A stretch of DNA of 38,844 nt. Source: Patescibacteria group bacterium. GTDB lineage: Bacteria > Patescibacteriota > Microgenomatia > UBA1400 > PJMF01. The stretch is taken from positions 1-38,844 of the forward strand of contig JAHIVL010000061.1 of NCBI GenBank assembly GCA_018816485.1. Reading direction: 5' to 3'. The first letter of the stretch is position 1. The number at the start of each line of letters is the position of its first letter. The notes below the pieces were generated by a model, which did no database searches, was not told the origin of the DNA, and saw only the letters and a program-made list of their open reading frames with translations. Position numbers and translations under genes: made by a program. Below, in pieces: positions 10,437 through 19,653 of this stretch.

Positions 10437-11480
10437 TTATTGTTCTGGAACTACAATTTCATCAGATTCAGTTAGTCCTTCAAGAATTTCTATGATGTCA
10501 TCTGTTTCCAAACCAATTTTTATTTCTCTTTCTTCTGCCTGATTCTCTCCAGTTTTGACATTTACATATGTTTTATCGTTTCTTTGAGTTATTGAAATTG
10601 TTGGAATGGTAAGTACATCATCTTTGGTTTCGAGGACAATATGAATATCACCATTCATACCAATTCTCAGTAAATTGCCATCAGTTGCCTTATTTAAAGG
10701 AAATTCAATAACAAAAGCAGTGCCACTACTTGTCTCAGTACTTACAAAGGAAACATAACTTACAGTTGTTATGATTGTTTCGTTGGGATATGAATCTAAA
10801 ACTAGATTAGCAGTTTGACCCTCAGAAATAAAAGAGATATCAGATTCATCAACTGCGGCTCTAAATATTAGTGATTCTGGGTTGACGATTTCGAAGTAAT
10901 CACTAGCTAAGAGCTGTACTCCAGTAACTGCAGTTGGCGAGCTGGTTAAAATGCCTTCAAATGGGGCGTAAATAGCGGTATTTTTGATTGCTATATCTTG
11001 AATTTCAACATCGATGACAGTGTTATTTAAGTCCCATTGTTCTTTATCTACTGTTCTTTGTTCTGTAGTTTCAAGTGGTCGGTCTTTAATGTCATCAACT
11101 GTTGTTTCCCAATCCCATCGCTCTTTCATGTAGAGATTTAAGTCTTTTTGAAGGGTTTTGGCTAATGAGGCTCCATCAATTGTAGCAATTGTTTGCCATT
11201 TTTTTACAATATCACCTTCTTGGGCGCCTAAATAAACTACTTTTCCGCCTGCAATGAATCTTAAGCGAGCTTTTTGTTTAGCATCGACATGACCAGAAAC
11301 TTCTAGCATTTTAGTAATAGAATCCTTGACTGGATGTTCAAATTTGAGTTGATCATTATTTTTTGTGGCATTTGAGCGAGCTACGAAGACTAATATTAGT
11401 ATGATAACTATGGCAATTATAGAGGAGAGCTTCCATCTTTTCTTAATTTGACTGAGTACTGAATTAAAAATATTTTTCAT
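10437..11480 (-). CDS. MacA/HlyD-family membrane fusion (adaptor) protein
   Basis: N-terminal TM; lipoyl-like GDIVKK; IYAPFEG; VDESDI; LRIGM; sits upstream of the ABC pair. Confidence 0.9.
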   Translation of the reverse strand: MKNIFNSVLSQIKKRWKLSSIIAIVIILILVFVARSNATKNNDQLKFEHPVKDSITKMLEVSGHVDAKQKARLRFIAGGKVVYLGAQEGDIVKKWQTIATIDGASLAKTLQKDLNLYMKERWDWETTVDDIKDRPLETTEQRTVDKEQWDLNNTVIDVEIQDIAIKNTAIYAPFEGILTSSPTAVTGVQLLASDYFEIVNPESLIFRAAVDESDISFISEGQTANLVLDSYPNETIITTVSYVSFVSTETSSGTAFVIEFPLNKATDGNLLRIGMNGDIHIVLETKDDVLTIPTISITQRNDKTYVNVKTGENQAEEREIKIGLETDDIIEILEGLTESDEIVVPEQ

Positions 11481-11582
11481 TATTTGTTTCTTTACTGAAA
11501 GGTGATTATAACATTGTAATCTATTGTTTGGAGTTTTGTGTTATATAATGATTTTGCAATCTTTTGAGCAGTTTGCACAAGT

Positions 11583-11655
11583 GAGTCGATAGCTCAGTTG
11601 GTAGAGCGGTAAGCTTATACCTTACTGGTCGGGGGTTCGAGTCCCTCTCGACTCA
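11583..11655 (+). tRNA. tRNA-Ile (anticodon UAU), no encoded CCA
   Basis: Acceptor stem GAGTCGA/TCGACTC; D arm TAGCTCAGTTGGTAGAGC; anticodon arm GTAAG-CTTATAC-CTTAC (TAT at 11616-11618); T loop TTCGAGT. Confidence 0.93.
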
Positions 11656-11656
11656 C

Positions 11657-11697
11657 ATATTTGTAAAAACCTAGCAATGCTAGGTTTTTACAAATAT
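11657..11697 (+). terminator. Perfect 20-bp inverted repeat after tRNA-Ile, probably a terminator
   Basis: ATATTTGTAAAAACCTAGCA-A-TGCTAGGTTTTTACAAATAT. Confidence 0.7.
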
Positions 11698-11776
11698 ATT
11701 TAAGATGATGAGGGACGTCCAGTGCCCGATCAAGCGAGTTTCTTTTGAAAAATATGGCATGAGCCTGACGAGGGTA

Positions 11777-11795
11777 AGTCCCTCTCGACTCACAT
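11777..11795 (+). repeat. 19-bp direct copy of the tRNA-Ile 3' end (att-like)
   Basis: AGTCCCTCTCGACTCACAT is identical to 11640-11658. Confidence 0.9.
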
Positions 11796-11941
11796 TGGGT
11801 GATTATAGAATGATATAATTAGTTATAGTTAGTAACTATTTATATAAATTAAACAGCAAAATATAAATTATCAAAAATAGAATAATATGATGTGCCCCGA
11901 TAAAGAAAAATTCGATAATTTCGTCTTTAAGAGGATATGAT

Positions 11942-12118
11942 GTGAAAACAGAAACAATAAAAACATCCGATCTTGAGGTTAACTTGGATATTAAAAGCGT
12001 TGATTGGCAAGAAGTTGCTCAAGACATGCATGTTTTTGTTGAATATATTAGAGCTATTCTTAGAAGTGAACAGAACGTATTAATGTTAGCCTTGTTGGAC
12101 AACATAAAATGTGTATAG
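11942..12118 (+). CDS. Possible 58-aa ORF or truncated gene running into an IS-end-like repeat
   Basis: GAGGA upstream of GTG; MKTETIKTSDLEVNLDIKSVDWQEVAQ...; stop lies inside the 12106-12157 repeat. Confidence 0.35.
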   Translation: MKTETIKTSDLEVNLDIKSVDWQEVAQDMHVFVEYIRAILRSEQNVLMLALLDNIKCV

Positions 12119-12157
12119 TAATAGTTTAAAAATGTGCACTTTTCCTTGATCCTAGTA
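12106..12157 (+). repeat. 52-bp dispersed repeat, copy 1 (IS21-like terminal sequence)
   Basis: 51/52 identical to 32059-32110; internal AAAATGTG(T/C)A direct repeats; TGT at 12093. Confidence 0.75.
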
Positions 12158-12174
12158 ATACTACCAATTACACA

Positions 12175-12500
12175 AGGATCAAAGCAAACTAAGATTACAA
12201 CTTGTCTACCTCTAAAGCTAAACCAAACCCCATCCAATGCTAGATATCCGGATCTTTTTGGATGAAATATATTATCTATAGTTAAAAACTTTTGTAGTCT
12301 TTCTAGCAAATCGCTAAGTTTTTCATTCCACAAATCTAGATTTCCGTTATAATTTTCCAGCAATATCTACTGGTGATTTCCCACCAATCTTAATTTTTTG
12401 ATCTGGATTCATATATATTGTCGCTATCTGTTCCAAGAATTAAGATTTTATGTAGCTGTAAGAATCTTTTTTTGAAACTTTCTAAATCATCATAGTTACG
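12175..12500 (-). pseudogene. Degenerate DDE transposase remnant (boundaries approximate)
   Basis: SGYLALDGVWF..VILVCFDP (first catalytic Asp region) and, in another frame, IGGKSPVDIAG (resembles a transposase C-terminus); interrupted by stops. Confidence 0.55.
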
Positions 12501-12548
12501 TTATTTAACAAGAGTTAATTCACTTACCTTCAGCCAAAAAATTTACTC

Positions 12549-14066
12549 TTAATCCCTTCCCCGCCAAAAATATAGCTCAAGATACTGCATGCCTATTTTT
12601 TGAATATGGCATAGTTGTCTAAATGCACCATAAGCTTTTTCAGTCATTTTATTTTCTAAATCATGATCTAATAAAACTTTAATAAGTTCATTAGTAGATT
12701 CTTCAACTACCCCTTCTTTAACCACTGGCAAACCAGTTTCCTCCCATGGTTCTAGGTCATCACTATCTCCAACCTGAATGATTCCATTAATGTGACTCAA
12801 TATATCTTTGACTGCCACTGGATAGCCAAACATCATCATGATAATTTTTGCCCAAGCAGCCTCAATAGCCTGGTTGCCCCAACCTTCATGGGTAGGAACA
12901 TAAAGAACACCATCTACAATTCCGCTTTTAATGAAACTATAAAATGAGTGTTTACCAGCCGATTGATCCTCATTAGTATATTGAGCATCTGCCACAATGT
13001 CATCTCCAATAAAAACTAATTTTACGCCCATCTCTTTGGCGTACTCTTTAATTTTTGAATAATATTCACTATCAAAATCAGCCGATTGGATAACTAACAA
13101 AAAAATATTGCTTTCTGAATCAAATGTTTTAGAGCTACGTCCAACTCCATTTTCATGATTCTCTAGCAGCTTTCTTTTATCTTGAATGCTTTTCACGATT
13201 CTTATGGCTGTTTGATAGCCTTTATTTTTTCTAGTTCTGGTTGTAAGTGCCAAAACTAAATCATTTTCTTTAATGCCATATTTTTCTAGTAGCTCTTTTT
13301 TATCTTCTTGTGACATTTCTTCAACTTCTTTGTCAAAGTCGAAACCGTCTGGAATAAAGGTTGATACTACTCCTTTTCGCTTTTTTAATTCTGCTTGAGC
13401 TATAGTATTGATACAAATATGTCGAGTATTTTCAAAGTTTGGTGCTGTAATTTTATTCACAAGCTTGTTAATTTTTTCATATTTACTGACATATTTGGTT
13501 GCATCAGGTCCTTCCCAATAAAAATCATGATGATGTAAAATAAATCTAGTTTCTGGTCGATTTTTAATTACCTCGTGGACGGCAACTGCAGCCTGAATAT
13601 GTAAAAATGGCAAAGCTGAAAGATTTCTAATATGGACTATATCAAGTCTATTTTCATCAATAAATGTAATCATTTGCTGGTAAATAACATCAGCACCATT
13701 GTTAATTTTTGTTAACAGTGCATTTTCTTGTTGATCTAAAGTTTCTTGATCCAGATCTGCCATATCCTGATCTAAAATTTTATCTCTTAAACAAGTAACG
13801 TTTTTATTGTGGTAATCTAGTTCTGGAGAATTTGAACTGATCTCACTTTCTGTAGTATCGGCTGCTAGAGAAAAGGTTTTCGCCCCAAGACTATTTAAAA
13901 ATACTTGAGTTTCTTGTGCTTGTAGAGAAACTCCGTCTGTGCCATATAAAAAGTAGTGTATCTGTCCTATTTGTTTGTCCTTAATTATATTCGACATTTC
14001 TTCTAAAGAAAGTTTCGGTGTCTCAATTATTAATGGTCTTTTTTTAGCTTCTTCTTTTGCAAACAT
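12549..14066 (-). CDS. GT-B family 4 glycosyltransferase, mannosylglucosylglycerate synthase (MggS)-like
   Basis: GTDGVSLQ, HHHDFYWE, ICINTIAQ, TRTRKNKG and PTHEGWGNQAIEA (GT4 E-x7-E). Confidence 0.8.
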   Translation of the reverse strand: MFAKEEAKKRPLIIETPKLSLEEMSNIIKDKQIGQIHYFLYGTDGVSLQAQETQVFLNSLGAKTFSLAADTTESEISSNSPELDYHNKNVTCLRDKILDQDMADLDQETLDQQENALLTKINNGADVIYQQMITFIDENRLDIVHIRNLSALPFLHIQAAVAVHEVIKNRPETRFILHHHDFYWEGPDATKYVSKYEKINKLVNKITAPNFENTRHICINTIAQAELKKRKGVVSTFIPDGFDFDKEVEEMSQEDKKELLEKYGIKENDLVLALTTRTRKNKGYQTAIRIVKSIQDKRKLLENHENGVGRSSKTFDSESNIFLLVIQSADFDSEYYSKIKEYAKEMGVKLVFIGDDIVADAQYTNEDQSAGKHSFYSFIKSGIVDGVLYVPTHEGWGNQAIEAAWAKIIMMMFGYPVAVKDILSHINGIIQVGDSDDLEPWEETGLPVVKEGVVEESTNELIKVLLDHDLENKMTEKAYGAFRQLCHIQKIGMQYLELYFWRGRD

Positions 14067-14136
14067 GATACGTGGGTTACTATCAAAATAGTTTTAATTT
14101 TATATTGTATATCAAATATGTGAATTCTAAAGCAGT

Positions 14137-14265
14137 TGTATAGATCACTCACATTTTGGAATATTACTTTTTAAAAAATTGATAGGCGACACATAGTTTA
14201 GTGAAGTGTGTGGTCTTCTGTAGTTATACCAATTTAAGTACTCTAATCCATAACTAGGCATTCTT
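14137..14265 (-). mobile_element. IS481/IS3-type integrase-core C-terminal remnant with a probable terminal end
   Basis: EYLNWYNYRRPHTSLNYVSPINFL; the minus strand ends ...GTGATCTATACA (TGT terminus at 14137). Confidence 0.75.
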
Positions 14266-14272
14266 AATATAT

Positions 14273-16330
14273 TTAAAGTAGTAGGAATAATGCTGTGCCG
14301 ACACCTAGTGTCACTAAGCCTGCCTTTAGCCAATTAAGCCAGTCTTCAGGACCAGTTTGTGGAAGAGTAGGTGGTAATTCCGGTTGAACTTGTGCTAATG
14401 GAACCGTACATGTGACAGAGTCAGGGTAGCTTTCTAATCTACATCTATTTGATCCATCAGCTGTTGTTAGACAGATATGACTACTGTTTGAACAGTCTGC
14501 ATTAGTCACACAAATTTCATTACAGCCTGGAGTTGGAGTGGAAGTAGGCGTAGACGTTGGAGTCGAAGTAGGTGTAGGAGTAGGAGTTGGCGTTGGCGTT
14601 GGCGTTGTAGCTGGAGAACAACTAGTGCTAGAAAGATTAGATTCTAGTCTGCAAACTTGATTATCTCCTGATTCATAACAAACGTAATCTTCACTAACTG
14701 TTTGACAGTTTGCATTGGTTTCACAAGCTTCGTTACAAGCATATTCTTCTTCCTCTTCAAAGATTGCTAGTGGTAATTCACATACATGAGAGGTGTCGTT
14801 GTCAGTAGTTACTGTAGCGACATTATTTAAGGTTTCTACAGTAGGGTTAGCAACGACCTGGACTTTAAATTCTATCGTTCTTACGTCAGTATCTTCAATT
14901 ACACCGTAATCTATGGTCACTCTTCTTGTAGTTGCATTGTATGTAATGCCATCAGTATTTTCGGCATCTTCAACAAAGATTAAACCTTCAGGGAGTTGAT
15001 CTACAACTATTACGTCTCCTGTTGTAGTTCCATTAGCATTGACAGAAACTCTGTAGACAAATTCTTGGCCTGGTTGAACTTCTGCATTAGCTAATATTTC
15101 TGTACCATCAAAGTCAGTGAATGCCTGCTTTTCAATACATTGAGCAGTTCCATGAGGTAGGATTGAGTGATTAACCTCACAGATACTACCAGTATCTAAT
15201 GGTTCTTTTTGTAAAGATTGAGGAGGGAAAATGTAGACGAGAGCACTATTAGTAAATTTGCCTAATTCTGGTTGATCAATTACTTTGACAACAAATCCGA
15301 GAGTTACTGTTTCATCTTCCAAGACTCCAAAGTTTACAAATATCGTGTTATCTCCAGCGTCATTAGATATATATTGTTCGCTAGAAGCTAAAGCTCTAAC
15401 AAATTCAAAATTATCTGGAATTAAGTCATAGAGCTTAACTTCACCATTCGTTTTGTTGGTTGCATCAACAGTAAGGTAATAAACGTATTCTTCACCTATA
15501 GTAAGAGCACTTCCAGCAGGCACAATTTCAGAAGCTGATTCAGCTGGGTCACCGGTATAAAGTTGTTTGCTCGTACATTCAGCAGTACCTGCTAGAATAT
15601 TAAATTGATATTGACAGGTTGATTTTGAATCAGCATTGTTATTTGTTGTTACTGTTGCAGAGTTAATAACTAATTGATCTGGAGCGGAAATAACTTCTAC
15701 CATAAACTCAACTTTGATTGTTTCATTTTTGGTCATGCCATCTAAATTAAGAGTAACAATATCCATATGTCCGCCATCCATATATCGAACTGTTAGTCCA
15801 GGTGTGTTACTAGAGTTTTCTACGAATTTTAAACTTTGTGGCAAAACATCAACAATCTCAACTGCGCCTTGAGTATCTTCAGGTGAAGATACAGTTAGAC
15901 TAAAGACAAGTTGATCACCAATATTAAACATACCTGGTTCAACTATTACTTTGATGGGCTTGGTAATTGCTTTGGCAGAGAAATCATCTTGAGCAATTTT
16001 GCTTTCGCAAATTGCATTTCCTTTTGGAACAGTGAAACTTGTTGCGCAGTAATTGTTGTTATCAGTAGTTGCGCTTGGTCTTGATGCTGGAGCATTAGGT
16101 GCTACTGGCGTAGTTTCTTCACCTTTTTGAGTTACTTGTTTTTGAGAAATGAAAACACCAGTCAATGCGACAACTATGAAGAAAATTATTCCAACAATAG
16201 CAAAAATATTTTTGAAATTATTTTTCTTTTTCGGAGTTGGGTTATTTTTGACCATATTAACATTACTACCAACACCAGTACTAGGAATTTTGGTATAAAA
16301 AGCTTGTGGTTGTGTGTTAGTGTTTTCCAT
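14273..16330 (-). CDS. Surface protein: N-terminal TM, three DUF11-like Ig repeats, two 6-Cys modules, PT linker and a C-terminal LPQTG plus TM
   Basis: Repeated G(D/E/Q).(LV/YV/FV)(F/Y)..(V/L).D.(L/I)P..(L/F).FV...N.A.V pattern; (PT)n; LPQTG followed by a hydrophobic tail. Confidence 0.85.
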   Translation of the reverse strand: MENTNTQPQAFYTKIPSTGVGSNVNMVKNNPTPKKKNNFKNIFAIVGIIFFIVVALTGVFISQKQVTQKGEETTPVAPNAPASRPSATTDNNNYCATSFTVPKGNAICESKIAQDDFSAKAITKPIKVIVEPGMFNIGDQLVFSLTVSSPEDTQGAVEIVDVLPQSLKFVENSSNTPGLTVRYMDGGHMDIVTLNLDGMTKNETIKVEFMVEVISAPDQLVINSATVTTNNNADSKSTCQYQFNILAGTAECTSKQLYTGDPAESASEIVPAGSALTIGEEYVYYLTVDATNKTNGEVKLYDLIPDNFEFVRALASSEQYISNDAGDNTIFVNFGVLEDETVTLGFVVKVIDQPELGKFTNSALVYIFPPQSLQKEPLDTGSICEVNHSILPHGTAQCIEKQAFTDFDGTEILANAEVQPGQEFVYRVSVNANGTTTGDVIVVDQLPEGLIFVEDAENTDGITYNATTRRVTIDYGVIEDTDVRTIEFKVQVVANPTVETLNNVATVTTDNDTSHVCELPLAIFEEEEEYACNEACETNANCQTVSEDYVCYESGDNQVCRLESNLSSTSCSPATTPTPTPTPTPTPTSTPTSTPTSTPTPGCNEICVTNADCSNSSHICLTTADGSNRCRLESYPDSVTCTVPLAQVQPELPPTLPQTGPEDWLNWLKAGLVTLGVGTALFLLL

Positions 16331-16336
16331 TTTTAT

Positions 16337-18127
16337 TTAAATTTCTCTTGGTGCAACTGGTATCCAATCTTGACATGAGGTGCCAGTACATACTCTGCAT
16401 TGTACGGTGTGATTTAAGTACTGATTGATTTGATAGTTGAGTGAGATTGCAGACAATCCAGCTGGGTTAATTGCACTGCCTTGGACTATTGTTCCATTTG
16501 GCTCGGTTATTTTAAATTCGTAATTAATTTTATAGCCGCCCGGATTATCAGCAGCACATCTGAATTTGAGCACCATTCCAATTGAGAATGGATCAACTTT
16601 GGGATCGAGTTCATTATTATTTGCATCTAAAATTGCAACATCTTTACACATTAATTCTTCTACGACATCTGGTTTACAAGTTGTGGAGGTTGGATTTGAA
16701 ATTAATCTACATCTTTTATCATCACTGTTTACTGGACGTGTGCAGGACCATGCTGGATTAACAGCAGAACATTGAATATCTGTAGTGCAAATACTATTAC
16801 ACGTTAGTTCTACAACATCTTCCTCACAAGTTGTGGAGGTTGGATTTGAAATTAATCTACATCTTTTATCATCACTGTTTACTGGACGTGTGCAGGACCA
16901 TGCTGGATTAACAGCAGAACATTGAATATCTGTAGTACAAATACTATTGCATGCATACGTTGGTATCGGTGTCGAAGTTGGTGTAGATGTTGGAGTCGAA
17001 GTTGGTGTTGGAGTTGGAGTTCCGCCTGGACAACATCCATCACTCTGTACGCAGCAAATATAATCAGGAACACAGCAGGTCATTGCTTCTCCGTGCATAT
17101 TAACACACCATTCTCGATTAGAATCTTCACATATATCCTTGGTTGTTCCTGGGTCTTCACATTTAGCTATTGTACAGGCATCTCCATCTTGACAGTGACA
17201 AACCAGAGGTGGGGTACATTTGAGGCCGTCAAAACTACATGCATCGCCAACTTGACCCCCTCCATCTACACACTTCCCATCTACACATGTTTGACTTCCA
17301 GGATAAGGGCATGGAATCGTGTTGGAGCAAGTAGGCAGATCCAAGCATCCTTCGACATAGTTACAGTATTGATGGGCTAGACAACCTCCACAATCCTCAA
17401 CACAATTTCCATTTACCGGACCGTAGCCAGATTTACAAATACAAAGACCATTAACGCATTGCTCATTTGCACCGCATTTCTTATGCGTACATATATCACC
17501 TACATAGGCCTGCTGTCTTAAATCCTGATTTTGTTGTGACAAGAAAAACCCAGCTCCTGCGCCTACCACTATTAGTAGTAGAACAAATACGCCAGCAATT
17601 ACTTTTATGTTAAATTTCTTTTTTGGTTTAAGTCCATCATGTCTATCATCAAACCCCGGTGGTTTTTCCATAGCCGGTGGTGTGGTTGCTACCATAGCAG
17701 GTGTCAAAGCAGGCGATACCGATGAAGTCATAGCCGGTGGTGTGGTTGCTACCATAGCCGGTGTCAAAGCAGGCGATACCGATGTAGCCATAGCCGGTGG
17801 TGTGGTTGCTACCATAGCCGGTGTCAAAGCAGGCGATACCGATGGAGTCATAGTGGGTGGTTTTTTGGCAACAGTGTCTAAGGGGATATTCGCTGTAATA
17901 GGTAACTTAGGACCAAGGGATGCATTTGGAGTAGCTGACAATTGTTTATCAGAAGCTATTTTAGCCATAATATCTATATTATCTTTGGTAGATTCTTGAG
18001 GTGAAATTAGTGTTTCAATAACTTTAGAAGTTCCATCATTCACAGAAATATTTTTTGCTACAGTTGAAGCAAGGTTTGGTTCTGGGTTTGTATTTTGTGA
18101 TTTATTGTCGTTTGTAGCGTTGATCAT
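16337..18127 (-). CDS. Single-pass Cys-rich surface protein (EGF-like repeats, PT linker, tandem 6-Cys modules)
   Basis: Pro/Thr/Ala repeats, KKK-TM-QQNQDLRQQA and dense extracellular Cys motifs. Confidence 0.85.
   Translation of the reverse strand: MINATNDNKSQNTNPEPNLASTVAKNISVNDGTSKVIETLISPQESTKDNIDIMAKIASDKQLSATPNASLGPKLPITANIPLDTVAKKPPTMTPSVSPALTPAMVATTPPAMATSVSPALTPAMVATTPPAMTSSVSPALTPAMVATTPPAMEKPPGFDDRHDGLKPKKKFNIKVIAGVFVLLLIVVGAGAGFFLSQQNQDLRQQAYVGDICTHKKCGANEQCVNGLCICKSGYGPVNGNCVEDCGGCLAHQYCNYVEGCLDLPTCSNTIPCPYPGSQTCVDGKCVDGGGQVGDACSFDGLKCTPPLVCHCQDGDACTIAKCEDPGTTKDICEDSNREWCVNMHGEAMTCCVPDYICCVQSDGCCPGGTPTPTPTSTPTSTPTSTPIPTYACNSICTTDIQCSAVNPAWSCTRPVNSDDKRCRLISNPTSTTCEEDVVELTCNSICTTDIQCSAVNPAWSCTRPVNSDDKRCRLISNPTSTTCKPDVVEELMCKDVAILDANNNELDPKVDPFSIGMVLKFRCAADNPGGYKINYEFKITEPNGTIVQGSAINPAGLSAISLNYQINQYLNHTVQCRVCTGTSCQDWIPVAPREI
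16676..16948. repeat. Intragenic tandem duplication with a 150-bp period
   Basis: 16676-16798 vs 16826-16948: 123 bp with one mismatch; encodes CNSICTTDIQC...PTSTTC twice. Confidence 0.92.
17669..17853. repeat. Three intragenic 60-bp tandem repeats
   Basis: Units start at 17669, 17729 and 17789; encode SVSPALTPAMVATTPPAM.. Confidence 0.93.
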
Positions 18128-18226
18128 TTTGTATTCGCATTATCTTCGTAATAACAAAAATAAGTATTATAATACGTGTACTTAACAGGATACAAACATT
18201 ATCTATGTCAAGTCAATACCGAGTTT

Positions 18227-19555
18227 TTAATCATCTAAAATTGGCTTTATTCCTGGCAACATTTTTCCGCTCAGTAAATCTAGCGCAGCTCCTCCTGCGG
18301 CAGAGACATAACTAAACTGTTTTTCCAGTCCAAAATGGTTGACTGCGCCAATTGTATCTCCACCACCGATAATTGTTTCAGCGCCCGACAATGCAACGGC
18401 TGCCGCGATTTTTCTAGTTCCTTTTGTGAAAATTGGATTTTCCCAAACTCCCATAGGACCATTCCAAAAGACTGTATTGGCCTGTTCAATTATTTTTTGA
18501 TAAAGCTTGATTGTTTTTGGACCGATATCTAAATAGAGTAGTTTTTTGTTTATTTTACCCGCACCATCAAGAGTGCTGTCATTTTCAACTGTCAAATCTA
18601 TTATAATAGTTTTTTCAGAGTTAGTCTCTTCAAGAGAGTGGGCAGCAACTACATCAATGGGATATAAGATTTTATCCATTGGAATATACCCATTCATCAA
18701 CATTTTTTCGGTTTTATGTTTTTCAATCAGTGAATAAGCAAAATCAACATAATTGATATTTTTCTTTTTCAAATCAACAGGGGCGTCTTCTATATATGAT
18801 TTATAAGTATTAAAACCATCTGCTTTTAGGAAACTATTTGCAACAGCTCCACCAACTAAAACGATATCTGCGATTTTTGCTAAGTGTTCTATAGCTCCAA
18901 CTTTGTCAGAAATTTTTGCACCACCCAAAACAATTACAAGTGGTCGTTTGGGTTCACTCATCATTTTTGCGAAAGTACTCACTTCTTTTTCAAGAGCAAA
19001 CCCCGCAAATGCGGGTAAATGCTTTGTAATACCAACTATAGAAGCGTGAGATCTGTGAGTTGTAGAAAAAGCTTCATTTATATAGATGTCCATATGTTGA
19101 GCCAGTGTCTTTGAAAATACTGCATCATTCTCTTCTTCTTCTTTGTGGAAACGTAAGTTTTCTAGTAGGAAGATTTTAGACTCAGATTCATTCAGAGCTT
19201 TTTCAATTTTTTCTCCAATACAAGCATTAATAAACTGAACTGGCAAGCTCAAGTTTTCTCTCATGTACTTGGCAACTGGTTCTAAGCTTAAGTGCAAATC
19301 GGAACTAGATTCTGGTCTTCCTAGGTGCGATGCTAAAACTACGGTGGCATCATGTTTTAGAAGAAAGTTAATAGTTTCGAGCGAGGCTTTTATTCTTTCG
19401 TCATTCACAACAACAACTTTTTTATTGCCAACAGCATCAACTTCTGTTTCTAGTGGAACATTATAGTCAACTCTTACAAACACTGTTTTATTTTTAATAT
19501 CCGAAATCTTAGGGAGTTTTAGTTTCATAAGTTTCAAATTATCATACATTTTCAT
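18227..19555 (-). CDS. pgk: Phosphoglycerate kinase
   Basis: VRVDYNVP, SHLGRP, LLENLRF, GGAKISDK, WNGPMG and GGGDT. Confidence 0.97.
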   Translation of the reverse strand: MKMYDNLKLMKLKLPKISDIKNKTVFVRVDYNVPLETEVDAVGNKKVVVVNDERIKASLETINFLLKHDATVVLASHLGRPESSSDLHLSLEPVAKYMRENLSLPVQFINACIGEKIEKALNESESKIFLLENLRFHKEEEENDAVFSKTLAQHMDIYINEAFSTTHRSHASIVGITKHLPAFAGFALEKEVSTFAKMMSEPKRPLVIVLGGAKISDKVGAIEHLAKIADIVLVGGAVANSFLKADGFNTYKSYIEDAPVDLKKKNINYVDFAYSLIEKHKTEKMLMNGYIPMDKILYPIDVVAAHSLEETNSEKTIIIDLTVENDSTLDGAGKINKKLLYLDIGPKTIKLYQKIIEQANTVFWNGPMGVWENPIFTKGTRKIAAAVALSGAETIIGGGDTIGAVNHFGLEKQFSYVSAAGGAALDLLSGKMLPGIKPILDD

Positions 19556-19653
19556 ACTTTAGAATAGTTATTATTGTTTTGTCATCTTAGCCAGCAAATA
19601 TTACTCAAGTATGATATACTCCTCACACCTTAAGAAAGGGGAATTTATTTTTT

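Noticed and set aside
8502..11480. MacAB-like system lacking TolC as a novelty
   Set aside because: Ordinary for monoderm-type envelopes (YknXYZ-like)
12019..12363. 114-aa ORF as an intact gene
   Set aside because: A chimera of a transposase fragment reading into the IS-end-like repeat and unrelated sequence
14145..14333. 62-aa ORF as a real gene
   Set aside because: Its N-terminus overlaps the surface-protein gene out of frame; only the C-terminal part is an integrase-core remnant
16676..16948. Duplicated segment as a DGR template/variable repeat pair
   Set aside because: Tandem, in-frame, a single synonymous difference, and no reverse transcriptase in the window
17669..17853. 60-bp repeats as a CRISPR array
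   Set aside because: Head-to-tail in-frame coding repeats with no unique spacers and no cas genes
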